Source: Eledone cirrhosa
Lineage: Eukaryota
Length of the DNA: 61,609 nucleotides
NCBI GenBank assembly: GCA_964016885.1
Contig: CAXHJY010001475.1
Span: forward strand, 1 to 61,609
Direction: 5' to 3'
Position numbers and translations under genes: made by a program. The notes under the pieces were generated by a model that saw only the letters and a list, made by a program, of their open reading frames with translations, ran no database searches and was not told the origin of the DNA. Numbering within the stretch: position 1 is the stretch's first letter; the number at the start of each line of letters is the position of its first letter. This document shows, piece by piece, positions 40,581 to 51,500 of this stretch.

Positions 40581-41309
40581 ACTTATCTTCTAACATAAGA
40601 TTAATCAAAGATTTTCTATTGGAATTAATAACCTTTGTTTTCTAACAACATTGTTTGTTTACTTAGATTAATTTACTTTCTGAAAACTCAGGAATGTATT
40701 CAGTTGAGTTTTCAATTATTCAAAATCTATAGACTAGGGAAGCCATAGATGCACAACAAGAGATGTAATCACATCCCTCCATCTTTCTTGGTCAGCAACC
40801 AGCCTCGTGTTTCCCAGAATCTTCTTCCCTGTCCTGTTCTTTCTTTGATGCTGCTCAATCAACCTCTCAGTAGCCTTCCAATAGCCCTTTTCATGGAGTT
40901 GTCCATACGTGAGCATATTTGTTAGAGATAGAGTCATAGTACATGACTAAACCACTTCATTTTCTACATCTTAACAATTGACAGAAGAGTTTTGTGGTTC
41001 AGAGTTCTTCCAGCAATGTCTTTCCCATAAGTTGATTTATGATAAGGAAAATATGGTTTCCATCTTTACTTTTCTCCAAAACTACCTATATTGTGATGTT
41101 TGAACTTCCAAACTTATCACTTTACCAACTATATCATTAACACCCTTTTCTATCTGGTACACTGAAACGGAACTATTTTTCATCAAAGGAAAGACAAATT
41201 GCCAGTCTTTCTGCAGATTATTTCATACAAATCAGAATCAATTTTTTTTGTGCTTATCTGTTAGTTTCGGTTTACTTTTGAGCTTCTGTCATTCAAAATA
41301 TTTGTAGAT

Positions 41310-41890
41310 TTCATCATCATAATCATTTTATGTCTGTTTTTCCATACTTGCATGGATTGGATGAGTCTTTGCCAGCACAGCCTCATGCTAGTCATTGTAG
41401 TTCCTTGTTATCTCCTTCCAGAGGTTCAACCTCCAGAGATCAACTTTCCACACTTCTTCCCATGTCTTCTTTCACATGTTCCTTCCAGTTAGACTGTTTG
41501 ACATGTTTATAACCAACTGCCATCTTCCACATGTATCACATGTTTGTATCAAAATACTTTTCTCTCTTGTAAACTTTGCAAACTATAAGTTCATTCATCT
41601 TATACCCAGTTTTTCTCTTGGCTTATCTGTGTTCCATTGTTCTAACACTAATATTTCACATTGAACAAAGCATGCTCACCGCACTTCTTTCCATCCTTCA
41701 CATTCCATATCCATGTTTCGCTACCATGTAACATTGAACTTCATACACATGCATGATAATTTGCCCTTCAGCTGAAGAAAGAATCCTCATGCCAGCAGAC
41801 TTTAATAGCTCCCTGAAATGTTTTAACCAGATTCTTTACTCTGGCAACTGTGTTTTCAGAACACTTTCTTCCACAGTTGATTAAGCCACA
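41310..41890 (-). mobile_element. Highly degenerate RTE 3' fragment (similar remnant at ~42930-43190)
   Basis: catcatcat tail + tttccatacttgcatgg terminal motif; decayed matches to the MLHGSETW and WYGH regions. Confidence 0.65.
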
Positions 41891-42346
41891 TGTTGTTCTG
41901 GCCAAGAAATACAAGTTTGATACACAGCTGTCATCTACCTACAGGTAATGTTCCGTCCAAATTTTAATAGTCAGTGTGCAAAAGTCTTACATTGTACAAT
42001 TTTTACCCTGTGACAAAAGTGTGTGTGTGCTAAATGTATAATGTATACTATAATGATTGTATGGAATTCCTTTGTCCGGCTGTAACTGTCTGTTAATCCA
42101 AAAACATAGCTTTGTTAAAGTTTCATGAAGAAACAGTTTCAGGTACAAGTAAGTAGAATTATTGATTACATCATTATTTTAGGCAACTAACTCATTGTAC
42201 ACACTTTAATTTCATTAATGTTAATATGCTGATTACAAAACATGTGTGCACATGTATACATACACAGCTTAGAGGGAACAGACATCTTAAATCTATTGTC
42301 CTGACATCAGGGATTTTAGTCACTTTGTTTCAGTTTTATAACAGCT

Positions 42347-42809
42347 TTAACCCTTTCATTACTGTATTCTTACTGTATTTCAATTAATTTTTAAAATAAC
42401 CAAAAATTTAGAGGAATTTAATAAAATAACTGTAAAGTGGTCATGTAGGAGGCATGGTAAAAAGGCTCCCAGTTCACACTGTAAAAGTGGTTGGTGTTAA
42501 GAAGGGTATCCAGCCATAGAAAACCTGCCAGAGACACTTCCGTATGAGCGAGACACAGTCTCCCGACCAATCCCGCATCAAATGGAACAAAACCGTGTAA
42601 CCCATGCTAGCGTGGAAGATGGACATTAAACGATGATGATGATGATGTTTTCCATTAGTAAGCTGATATTTAGAACATTACTTAACAAACATTTCTAAAA
42701 TAAAATTATAATGAAAGGTTTTAATATAAGGATAACTATTTTTAAATGAGCAGGTTTGTATCATAAATCCAGAGTAGTGTCAAGCAGTTTTGTATTAAAA
42801 AAGGTTAAA
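42347..42809. mobile_element. piggyBac-like MITE family member interrupted by an RTE 3' end (~42430-42647); other copies at ~575-860, 35185-35397, 36915-37170, 39255-39475
   Basis: TTAA-ccctttc...aaaggtt-AA ends. Shared internal blocks (aagctggtgttt, aattatgatggaaggttt, gtatcatagaac, tggtatcaaaagggttaa). Confidence 0.7.
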
Positions 42810-44689
42810 ATGCTTGTTCATATAATTGCTGTGGAAATCTACCAGCTGTTAAGAATGCAACAAAAAGTTTTACACCACAAAATAAATGAAAAATGAATAA
42901 AAGTTGGGGTTTTTTTTCAACAGTTTCAACATCATCATTATCATCATCTCCATTTTATGTCTGCTTTTCCAGGCCTGCGTGAGTTAAACAAGACCTCTCT
43001 AACACAAAGTCCCTTGGTCTTCCTCTAATGCTGCTACTTTCCACTGGGATTTCCTGGTACTTCATTACCCAAAGATCAAGATCATCATCCATATGCATAA
43101 CATGTCCATACCAGCATATTCTTCACTCTTGCACACTGCATTTGATTCCTTTTATACCCAGTATTTTTTTCTCTCAGCTCATTCACACGGTCTCAAATCA
43201 AGTCACTTGCCAAACGAGTACAGCTCAGAAATTTTATGACTAAAATAATCTTAAATGTTTAGAAAGGTTCTTTTTACCTTTATTCACTTCCTGCTAAAAT
43301 AACTTGAGATTACATTCAATCCTATATGGCTCAGAATATTTTCCTTTCGTGGTAGGAAGTACTTAGTAATTACTGAAGTATTACTTTAGTCATATTCAAA
43401 CCTTCACATTTTGGAACAGTAACACACTTAAACCCCCCATAGTATATTAATATTTATAGGACAACTCACTTAATGAGAATACATTTTTCAGTCTCCAATT
43501 ATGGTAACATAAGCTTTATTTCAATGAATGTAATATAATTAATTGTATTTGTTTACATGTGTTTATATGGATATATGTGTGTGGTTATTCAAATATGTAT
43601 TTGAATCAATATATGAGTGCAAATGACTTTATGTCAACATGTATGACTAAGAGTCTACACATGTGTATGTGTATAGTTGGGAGAGAGAGCGAGAGAGAGA
43701 TTAAGAGAAAAAGAAAATGTATATTCAAGGAATATATTCCATCTTTCTGTGTGTACCTCAGAATAGAATAGAATAGGTACACTGTATCCCTGTATGTTGT
43801 AAGAAGCAAATAAAGGGCTGACATAAAAGAGGGAATCATTACCATCAACATCATTTAGCATCTGTTTTACCTGCTTATAAAGGTTGGAAGGGTTACTACA
43901 AACAAGTCTGTATTCAAGTTAAGCCATAGCCCTCCACGTGGGCCCAGGAGTTCGACATATGAACCCTTACTCTACTAAGTACATTTTAGCATGGCACCAA
44001 CAGTAGGGAAGTTGTCATGTTCTTGACACAGCTGAAGAGTCCTCCTGATCTTTTGTTTAGCAGGTTTTCTATAGCTAGATGCCCTTCCTGTCAGCAACCA
44101 CTTCACAGAATGTACTGTGTGCATTTATCGGATAGATAATGAATGAAGGAATGCTGTGCTAGAAAAGACAGTCTAACCCATGCTAGCATGGAGAAATAGA
44201 CATAAATAGGATGGTGATGATGATAAAAATACCTATAGAATTTATACAGATTCTGTAATTATGAAATTTTGTGTTACTTTTATATTTCACATAAAGGTAT
44301 GCATGCATACACTTTCATGTACACATACCTTTGCATTGTGCATGCACCTGCATGTATATTCACACACACGTGCGCAAACACTTGTCTCAACATATCAGTC
44401 TAGGTCTCAACTTGCTAAGTGTTATTAATACACAGACCCCAGAAAGAAAAGCCAAAATAATCCAAATATTTTAGGAAAGAGGGAAGGAGAAAGAAAGACA
44501 AAAAAAGAGGAAGAGAAAAAGAGGAAAGAAAAGAGGAGGATAGAAAAAGAGAGAAAATATAGGGAAAGGGGTAGAAATACAGAAAGAGAGGAAAATAGGG
44601 CATTCAAGGACATGTTGAGAGATGTCACATAGGTCCATCTGATTTATGACATTATCAATATAATCAATCATAATAATATGCCACATGTG

Positions 44690-44920
44690 TTTGTGTCAGG
44701 TAAAAGTACCACAGACGCTCTTTTCCTTGTACGACAACTACAGGAGAAGTACCTAGCTAAAAGTAAACCACTCTACTTAGATTTTGTAGAGCGGGAGAAA
44801 GCCTTTGACAGAGTCCCCCCACTCCATTATCTGGTGGGCTCTTAGAAAACTAGGTGTAGATGAATGGCTTGTGAGAGCTATACAAGCTATGTATAAAGAA
44901 ACAGTCAGTAAGGGTAGAAT
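44690..44920 (+). pseudogene. Older RTE RT fragment of the same family, opposite strand, ending at the full-length element's tail
   Basis: Translates to GKSTTDALFLVRQLQEKYLAKSKPLYLDFVEREKAFDRVP (frameshift) IIWWALRKLGVDEWLVRAIQAMYKETVSKGRI, closely matching the intact ORF. It stops exactly at the (tca)n tail. Confidence 0.92.
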
Positions 44921-45221
44921 TCATCATCATCATCATCATCACCGTTTTACGTCCGTTCTTCCACGCTAGCATGGGTTAGACGGGTTGTCCTGTTGTGGGC
45001 AGTGTCTGGTCGGCTGACCATGCCTTGCTCATACAGGAACTGATCTGGCTTGATTTCTACAGCTGGATGCCCTTCCTAACACCAACCTCATTTACAGTGA
45101 GTGCTGGGTGCTTTTTCGTGGCGCCTACACGTCCACTTTACAGTGTGGGCTGGGTGCTTTTTTGCCGTGGCACCTCCACGACCACCTTGCGGTGGGGGGG
45201 GGGGCATATTGTTTATATGCT

Positions 45222-48200
45222 TCAGCATGTACCCATGGGAGGTCGGGTACCCTGTATTACTGCGTGACGCCAGAAGTCACGGTCGTGTGTCATTGACTTT
45301 GAGAGGTGTAGTTGGGTAAGGTCGGCTTTTATCACCTCATCCCAAGTCATCTTGGGTCTCCCCACTCCGCGGTTTCCATCAACTTCTAGTGCTCTGCACC
45401 TTTTTATGCAGCTGTCATCCTTCATACGCATCACATGTCCATACCAGCGTAACCGCCTCTCCTGCACGCAGCATTTGATTCCTCTTATGCTCAGTCTCTC
45501 TCTCAATTCATTTATGCTTTGTCGTTCACGTATATTACTGTTACACATCCATCGGAGCATGCAGGCTTCGTTTCTCTCTAATCTACGTAGGTCTTCCACC
45601 TTCAGCGCCCAGGTCTCACTACCATGCAACATCGCTGTTCGGATACACGCATCATACAGTCTGCCTTTCATTCTGAGGGAGAAGCCTTTTGCAGCTAGCA
45701 GTGGTAGTAGTTCCCTAAACTTCTTCCATCCCGTTCTTACCCTAGTTATTGTACTTTCTGAGCACCCACCTCCGTTGCTAATTCGGTCACCTAGGTAGCA
45801 GAAGCTGTCTACTGTTTCTACAGGGCCCTCCCAGAGATTGGTGGTACTTGTTTCCTGTGGCTGTTTGCTTGCTGTTTCAGCACAGCTGCTGCATGTGAAT
45901 CCTACATTCTTAATTAAGCTTCCTGAGATCCCGCTACATCTCTTGTGTACCCATTGTTTGCATTTGGGGCAAAGAATGGAGTTCCTACCTACACCTTTCC
46001 TACATACTGAGCAAGGCCATTTCCCTGAGGGGATCTGGGTTCTGTTTTCTCGTCTACTTATAAGGACCTTAGTCTTTGTCATGTTGACTTTGAGGCCCTT
46101 TCTCTCTAGTCCCTGCTTCCAGGTTTGGAATTTATTCTCTAGTTCTACCATAGATTCAGCTATGAGTGCGAGGTCATCAGCATACAGGAGTTCCCATGGG
46201 CATCCGGTCTTAAACTCCTCCGTTATTGCCTGCAGGACTATGATGAACAGGAGAGGGCTAAGAACAGAGCCCTGGTGGACCCCAACCTGTACGCTAAATT
46301 CCTCGCTATACTCATTGCCAATCCTAACTTTGCTGACTGCTCCCCTATACATGGCTTGTACCGCTTTCACAAGCCATTCATCTACTCCTAGTTTTCTAAG
46401 AGCCCACCAGATTACTGCACGTGGAACTCTGTCAAAGGCTTTCTCAAGGTCGACAAATGCCAAGTAGAGTGGCTTACTTTTAGCTAGGTACTTTTCCTGT
46501 AATTGCCTCACAAGGAAGAGCGCATCAGTGGTGCCTTTCCCTGGAACAAACCCAAATTGCATCTCGTCTATATTCACCCGGTCCCTAATCAGCTGTGCTA
46601 TAACTCTTTCTGTTACTTTCATGACCTGGTCCATCAACTTTATACCTCTATAGTTTCCTCTATCTAGTGCATCGCCTTTACCTTTGTAGCAGTTGACAAT
46701 GATGCTACTGCACCAATCTTTTGGTATGGCCCCCTCTAGTATTACCTGGTTAACGATACGTGTGGTTATAGTGTGACCTACAGACCCAGATGCCTTCAGC
46801 ATCTCGGCAGCTATACCCGATGGACCGGTTGCCTTCCCTATCTTCATATCTCTGATTGCCTTACTTACTACGCTGCCGCTGACTTGTACTGCTGGTCCCT
46901 CTATAGGGTCTACGTGGGGTAGGGTCTCTTCTTCCCATGCATTCTCCTCATTTAGTAATCTATCATAATGACTCTTCCATGCATCTTTCTTCTCAGCACT
47001 TGTGAGGGCAAGCTCACCTTTATCATTCCGGATACACTTCTCTCCAATGACATCACAACTATCTCTGACACACTGCCTCGCAATCTTGAATACCTCCTGT
47101 TTCTGGTCCTCACGTTGTAAAACATGCTTGAATTTTCTATCCTCTGCTTCCCTCCTAGCTAAGTATACTTGTCGCCTAGCTTCCCTCTTGGTCTCTATGT
47201 AATGTACCCTGCTCCCCCCGTTCTTCCATTCTTTCCATGCCTGTCTCTTGGCCTTGACTGCTTCATCTACCTTATTGTTCCACCACCAAGTCACTCTCCT
47301 CCTGCTTGAGGTCTTACTCCAGCCACAAACCTCATCCGTCGCCTCTAGTAAGTTATTTTTTAGGAACTCCCAGTTCTCTTCTACGTTAAATGTCTCTATC
47401 TGTTCTTCTTTACTGTCGTAGGCGTTGAGTAAAATATCTTTAAATCTGTTACTGGTTGAGGGGACTTTCAGCTTCCAGATCTTTCTTCTCCAGGTTGGCC
47501 TCTGTTTCAGGGCTCGTCTAGTTCTGACCGTGAGGTCGCTGACAACTAAGCTATGTTGGGATGTACATTCCTCACTAGGGAAGGCTTTTGTGTTTACGAC
47601 CGTCCATCTGTCACGTCCTCTGATGAGGATAAAATCTAACTGACTAGAGTGCTCCCCTGATCTATAGGTGATCAGGTGGTTGTCGGGTTTTTTAAAGTTT
47701 GTGTTACATATCGACATGTCATTGGCGTCGCAGAATTCTAGAAGTCTGAATCCTTCCTCATTCCTTGTGCCAACTCCATGGCCTCCATGTACTCTATTGA
47801 AGCCGTCGCAGTGTTTACCTACGTGTCCGTTAAAATCTCCTGCAATGATTAGGAAGTCCTTGTCGTCTGTTAGAGCAGTAGTGTGTATTAGGGACTCGTA
47901 AAACCTATCCTTAAGTTCGTCTGGCAGCCCCGATTGGGGTGCGTAAGCTGATATTATTGTGGTAATTGTCTTATTCAGGACTAGTCTGAGTTTAATGATT
48001 CTTGCATTTACCCTGTACACTGAGATTACTTTATCTACCCACTTGTCAGCTAATAGTATACCTACACCACCCATCCCATCGTCATTTCCCACCCAGAAAA
48101 ATTTGTAGCACTGGCTTTTTCCTACAAGGACTCTAGCAGACCCTCCTCTCCATCTAGTCTCTTGCACACAGCATACATCAACTTCCTTTCGCTCTAGCAT

Positions 48201-48341
48201 TTCTACGATTTCTCCTGCTCTTCCTTTCATTGAGCCTACATTGATGGTACCAACTCGGAGTTTTGGGCATTTGTCGACACTCGTAGGGGAGGGTCTCTGG
48301 GTTGGTGCTTCACGTGGGTGCTTGGTAGCTCGCAGATTCAT
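45222..48341 (-). CDS. Intact RTE-clade non-LTR retrotransposon ORF (APE endonuclease + reverse transcriptase + PHD-like zinc finger + RTE C-terminal region), 1039 aa
   Basis: Uninterrupted ATG-started ORF. APE motifs: GTINVGSM, VQETRW, SAYAPQ, GDFNGHVG, LDFIL, SQHSLV. RT motifs: YRGIKL, QFGF, FVDLEKAFDRV, GVHQGSVLSP, LYADD, GLKVNMTKTK. RTE-type C-terminus: FCYLGD, MLHGSETW, RLRWYGHVMR, GRPKMTW. No ORF1 seen. Confidence 0.97.
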   Translation of the reverse strand: MNLRATKHPREAPTQRPSPTSVDKCPKLRVGTINVGSMKGRAGEIVEMLERKEVDVCCVQETRWRGGSARVLVGKSQCYKFFWVGNDDGMGGVGILLADKWVDKVISVYRVNARIIKLRLVLNKTITTIISAYAPQSGLPDELKDRFYESLIHTTALTDDKDFLIIAGDFNGHVGKHCDGFNRVHGGHGVGTRNEEGFRLLEFCDANDMSICNTNFKKPDNHLITYRSGEHSSQLDFILIRGRDRWTVVNTKAFPSEECTSQHSLVVSDLTVRTRRALKQRPTWRRKIWKLKVPSTSNRFKDILLNAYDSKEEQIETFNVEENWEFLKNNLLEATDEVCGWSKTSSRRRVTWWWNNKVDEAVKAKRQAWKEWKNGGSRVHYIETKREARRQVYLARREAEDRKFKHVLQREDQKQEVFKIARQCVRDSCDVIGEKCIRNDKGELALTSAEKKDAWKSHYDRLLNEENAWEEETLPHVDPIEGPAVQVSGSVVSKAIRDMKIGKATGPSGIAAEMLKASGSVGHTITTRIVNQVILEGAIPKDWCSSIIVNCYKGKGDALDRGNYRGIKLMDQVMKVTERVIAQLIRDRVNIDEMQFGFVPGKGTTDALFLVRQLQEKYLAKSKPLYLAFVDLEKAFDRVPRAVIWWALRKLGVDEWLVKAVQAMYRGAVSKVRIGNEYSEEFSVQVGVHQGSVLSPLLFIIVLQAITEEFKTGCPWELLYADDLALIAESMVELENKFQTWKQGLERKGLKVNMTKTKVLISRRENRTQIPSGKWPCSVCRKGVGRNSILCPKCKQWVHKRCSGISGSLIKNVGFTCSSCAETASKQPQETSTTNLWEGPVETVDSFCYLGDRISNGGGCSESTITRVRTGWKKFRELLPLLAAKGFSLRMKGRLYDACIRTAMLHGSETWALKVEDLRRLERNEACMLRWMCNSNIRERQSINELRERLSIRGIKCCVQERRLRWYGHVMRMKDDSCIKRCRALEVDGNRGVGRPKMTWDEVIKADLTQLHLSKSMTHDRDFWRHAVIQGTRPPMGTC

Positions 48342-48528
48342 ATTTCATCTATTGATTCAGAGTTGCTCGTGTATTCCCAGCTCATCCATCCCTAACGGTG
48401 GGAAAATTGAGGGCTAGAAGGACAGTGGTGGTGGGGTAATGGCAGGGTGTGTTGGGATGCGCCAGAGGAGGAGAGAGTTAGTTAGGCAGGTAGTAGCAGC
48501 AGCAGCAGTGGAAATGGCATGCTAGGTT

Positions 48529-48573
48529 TGATTGGTCGAATAGACTATGGTGGTGTGTGGGGGTGGGCGGGAG
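48529..48573 (-). promoter_or_regulatory. Candidate internal Pol II promoter elements in the LINE leader: CCAAT box and GC box
   Basis: gaccaatca on the minus strand (attgg at 48531-48535; NF-Y-like) and GGGCGG at 48565-48570 (Sp/KLF-like), about 30 bp apart and ~190-230 nt upstream of the ATG. Motif match only. Confidence 0.4.
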
Positions 48574-48580
48574 GGAAATT

Positions 48581-51500
48581 GTGAGGTAGGAACTGAGGGT
48601 CGCATGGTAAATATCCAAGTTAATACTACATCAGTAAAATTAACAATAATAACGTCATGAAAAAAGCTACTAAGAGAAACCCTCGAAAATTTATCGCTAA
48701 TACAGCAGGGAAAATTTATTGTGAGGTAGGAACTGAGGGTCGCATGGTAAATATCCAAGTTAATACTACATCAGTAAAATTAACAATAATAACGTCATGA
48801 AAAAAGCTACTAAGAGAAACCCTCGAAAATTTATCGCTAATACAGCAGGGAAAATTTATTGTGAGGTAGGAACTGAGGGTCGCATGGTAAATATCCAAGT
48901 TAATACTACATCAGTAAAATTAACAATAATAACGTCATGAAAAAAGCTACTAAGAGAAACCCTCGAAAATTTATCGCTAATACAGCAGGGAAAATTTATT
49001 GTGAGGTAGGAACTGAGGGTCGCATGGTAAATATCCAAGTTAATACTACATCAGTAAAATTAACAATAATAACGTCATGAAAAAAGCTACTAAGAGAAAC
49101 CCTCGAAAATTTATCGCTAATACAGCAGGGAAAATTTATTGTGAGGTAGGAACTGAGGGTCGCATGGTAAATATCCAAGTTAATACTACATCAGTAAAAT
49201 TAACAATAATAACGTCATGAAAAAAGCTACTAAGAGAAACCCTCGAAAATTTATCGCTAATACAGCAGGGAAAATTTATTGTGAGGTAGGAACTGAGGGT
49301 CGCATGGTAAATATCCAAGTTAATACTACATCAGTAAAATTAACAATAATAACGTCATGAAAAAAGCTACTAAGAGAAACCCTCGAAAATTTATCGCTAA
49401 TACAGCAGGGAAAATTTATTGTGAGGTAGGAACTGAGGGTCGCATGGTAAATATCCAAGTTAATACTACATCAGTAAAATTAACAATAATAACGTCATGA
49501 AAAAAGCTACTAAGAGAAACCCTCGAAAATTTATCGCTAATACAGCAGGGAAAATTTATTGTGAGGTAGGAACTGAGGGTCGCATGGTAAATATCCAAGT
49601 TAATACTACATCAGTAAAATTAACAATAATAACGTCATGAAAAAAGCTACTAAGAGAAACCCTCGAAAATTTATCGCTAATACAGCAGGGAAAATTTATT
49701 GTGAGGTAGGAACTGAGGGTCGCATGGTAAATATCCAAGTTAATACTACATCAGTAAAATTAACAATAATAACGTCATGAAAAAAGCTACTAAGAGAAAC
49801 CCTCGAAAATTTATCGCTAATACAGCAGGGAAAATTTATTGTGAGGTAGGAACTGAGGGTCGCATGGTAAATATCCAAGTTAATACTACATCAGTAAAAT
49901 TAACAATAATAACGTCATGAAAAAAGCTACTAAGAGAAACCCTCGAAAATTTATCGCTAATACAGCAGGGAAAATTTATTGTGAGGTAGGAACTGAGGGT
50001 CGCATGGTAAATATCCAAGTTAATACTACATCAGTAAAATTAACAATAATAACGTCATGAAAAAAGCTACTAAGAGAAACCCTCGAAAATTTATCGCTAA
50101 TACAGCAGGGAAAATTTATTGTGAGGTAGGAACTGAGGGTCGCATGGTAAATATCCAAGTTAATACTACATCAGTAAAATTAACAATAATAACGTCATGA
50201 AAAAAGCTACTAAGAGAAACCCTCGAAAATTTATCGCTAATACAGCAGGGAAAATTTATTGTGAGGTAGGAACTGAGGGTCGCATGGTAAATATCCAAGT
50301 TAATACTACATCAGTAAAATTAACAATAATAACGTCATGAAAAAAGCTACTAAGAGAAACCCTCGAAAATTTATCGCTAATACAGCAGGGAAAATTTATT
50401 GTGAGGTAGGAACTGAGGGTCGCATGGTAAATATCCAAGTTAATACTACATCAGTAAAATTAACAATAATAACGTCATGAAAAAAGCTACTAAGAGAAAC
50501 CCTCGAAAATTTATCGCTAATACAGCAGGGAAAATTTATTGTGAGGTAGGAACTGAGGGTCGCATGGTAAATATCCAAGTTAATACTACATCAGTAAAAT
50601 TAACAATAATAACGTCATGAAAAAAGCTACTAAGAGAAACCCTCGAAAATTTATCGCTAATACAGCAGGGAAAATTTATTGTGAGGTAGGAACTGAGGGT
50701 CGCATGGTAAATATCCAAGTTAATACTACATCAGTAAAATTAACAATAATAACGTCATGAAAAAAGCTACTAAGAGAAACCCTCGAAAATTTATCGCTAA
50801 TACAGCAGGGAAAATTTATTGTGAGGTAGGAACTGAGGGTCGCATGGTAAATATCCAAGTTAATACTACATCAGTAAAATTAACAATAATAACGTCATGA
50901 AAAAAGCTACTAAGAGAAACCCTCGAAAATTTATCGCTAATACAGCAGGGAAAATTTATTGTGAGGTAGGAACTGAGGGTCGCATGGTAAATATCCAAGT
51001 TAATACTACATCAGTAAAATTAACAATAATAACGTCATGAAAAAAGCTACTAAGAGAAACCCTCGAAAATTTATCGCTAATACAGCAGGGAAAATTTATT
51101 GTGAGGTAGGAACTGAGGGTCGCATGGTAAATATCCAAGTTAATACTACATCAGTAAAATTAACAATAATAACGTCATGAAAAAAGCTACTAAGAGAAAC
51201 CCTCGAAAATTTATCGCTAATACAGCAGGGAAAATTTATTGTGAGGTAGGAACTGAGGGTCGCATGGTAAATATCCAAGTTAATACTACATCAGTAAAAT
51301 TAACAATAATAACGTCATGAAAAAAGCTACTAAGAGAAACCCTCGAAAATTTATCGCTAATACAGCAGGGAAAATTTATTGTGAGGTAGGAACTGAGGGT
51401 CGCATGGTAAATATCCAAGTTAATACTACATCAGTAAAATTAACAATAATAACGTCATGAAAAAAGCTACTAAGAGAAACCCTCGAAAATTTATCGCTAA

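Larger units (their letters stand above)
44921..48580 (-). mobile_element. Full-length RTE LINE: (GAT)n tail, ~280-bp 3' UTR, ORF and ~240-bp unique 5' leader; true 5' end may extend through the 140-bp array
   Basis: (tca)n at 44921-44940 is the sense-strand (GAT)n tail. The adjacent terminal motif (cgtcc..cttccacgctagcatgggttagacgg) is shared with many truncated copies in the window. Unique leader at 48342-48580. Confidence 0.92.

Noticed and set aside
45352-47901. Plus-strand ORFs of 66-209 aa over the LINE
   Set aside because: Antisense shadows of the RTE ORF with non-ATG starts and no motifs.
48582-48603. let-7 miRNA gene copies
   Set aside because: Only the first 8-10 nt match and there is no precursor hairpin; retained only as a possible target site.
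48581-48720. Hammerhead or HDV-like ribozyme in the 140-bp unit
   Set aside because: There is a gagggt/accctc inverted pair and ctga/gaaac words, but no CUGANGA core and no HDV P1.1/P4/J4-2 arrangement that I could fit on either strand.
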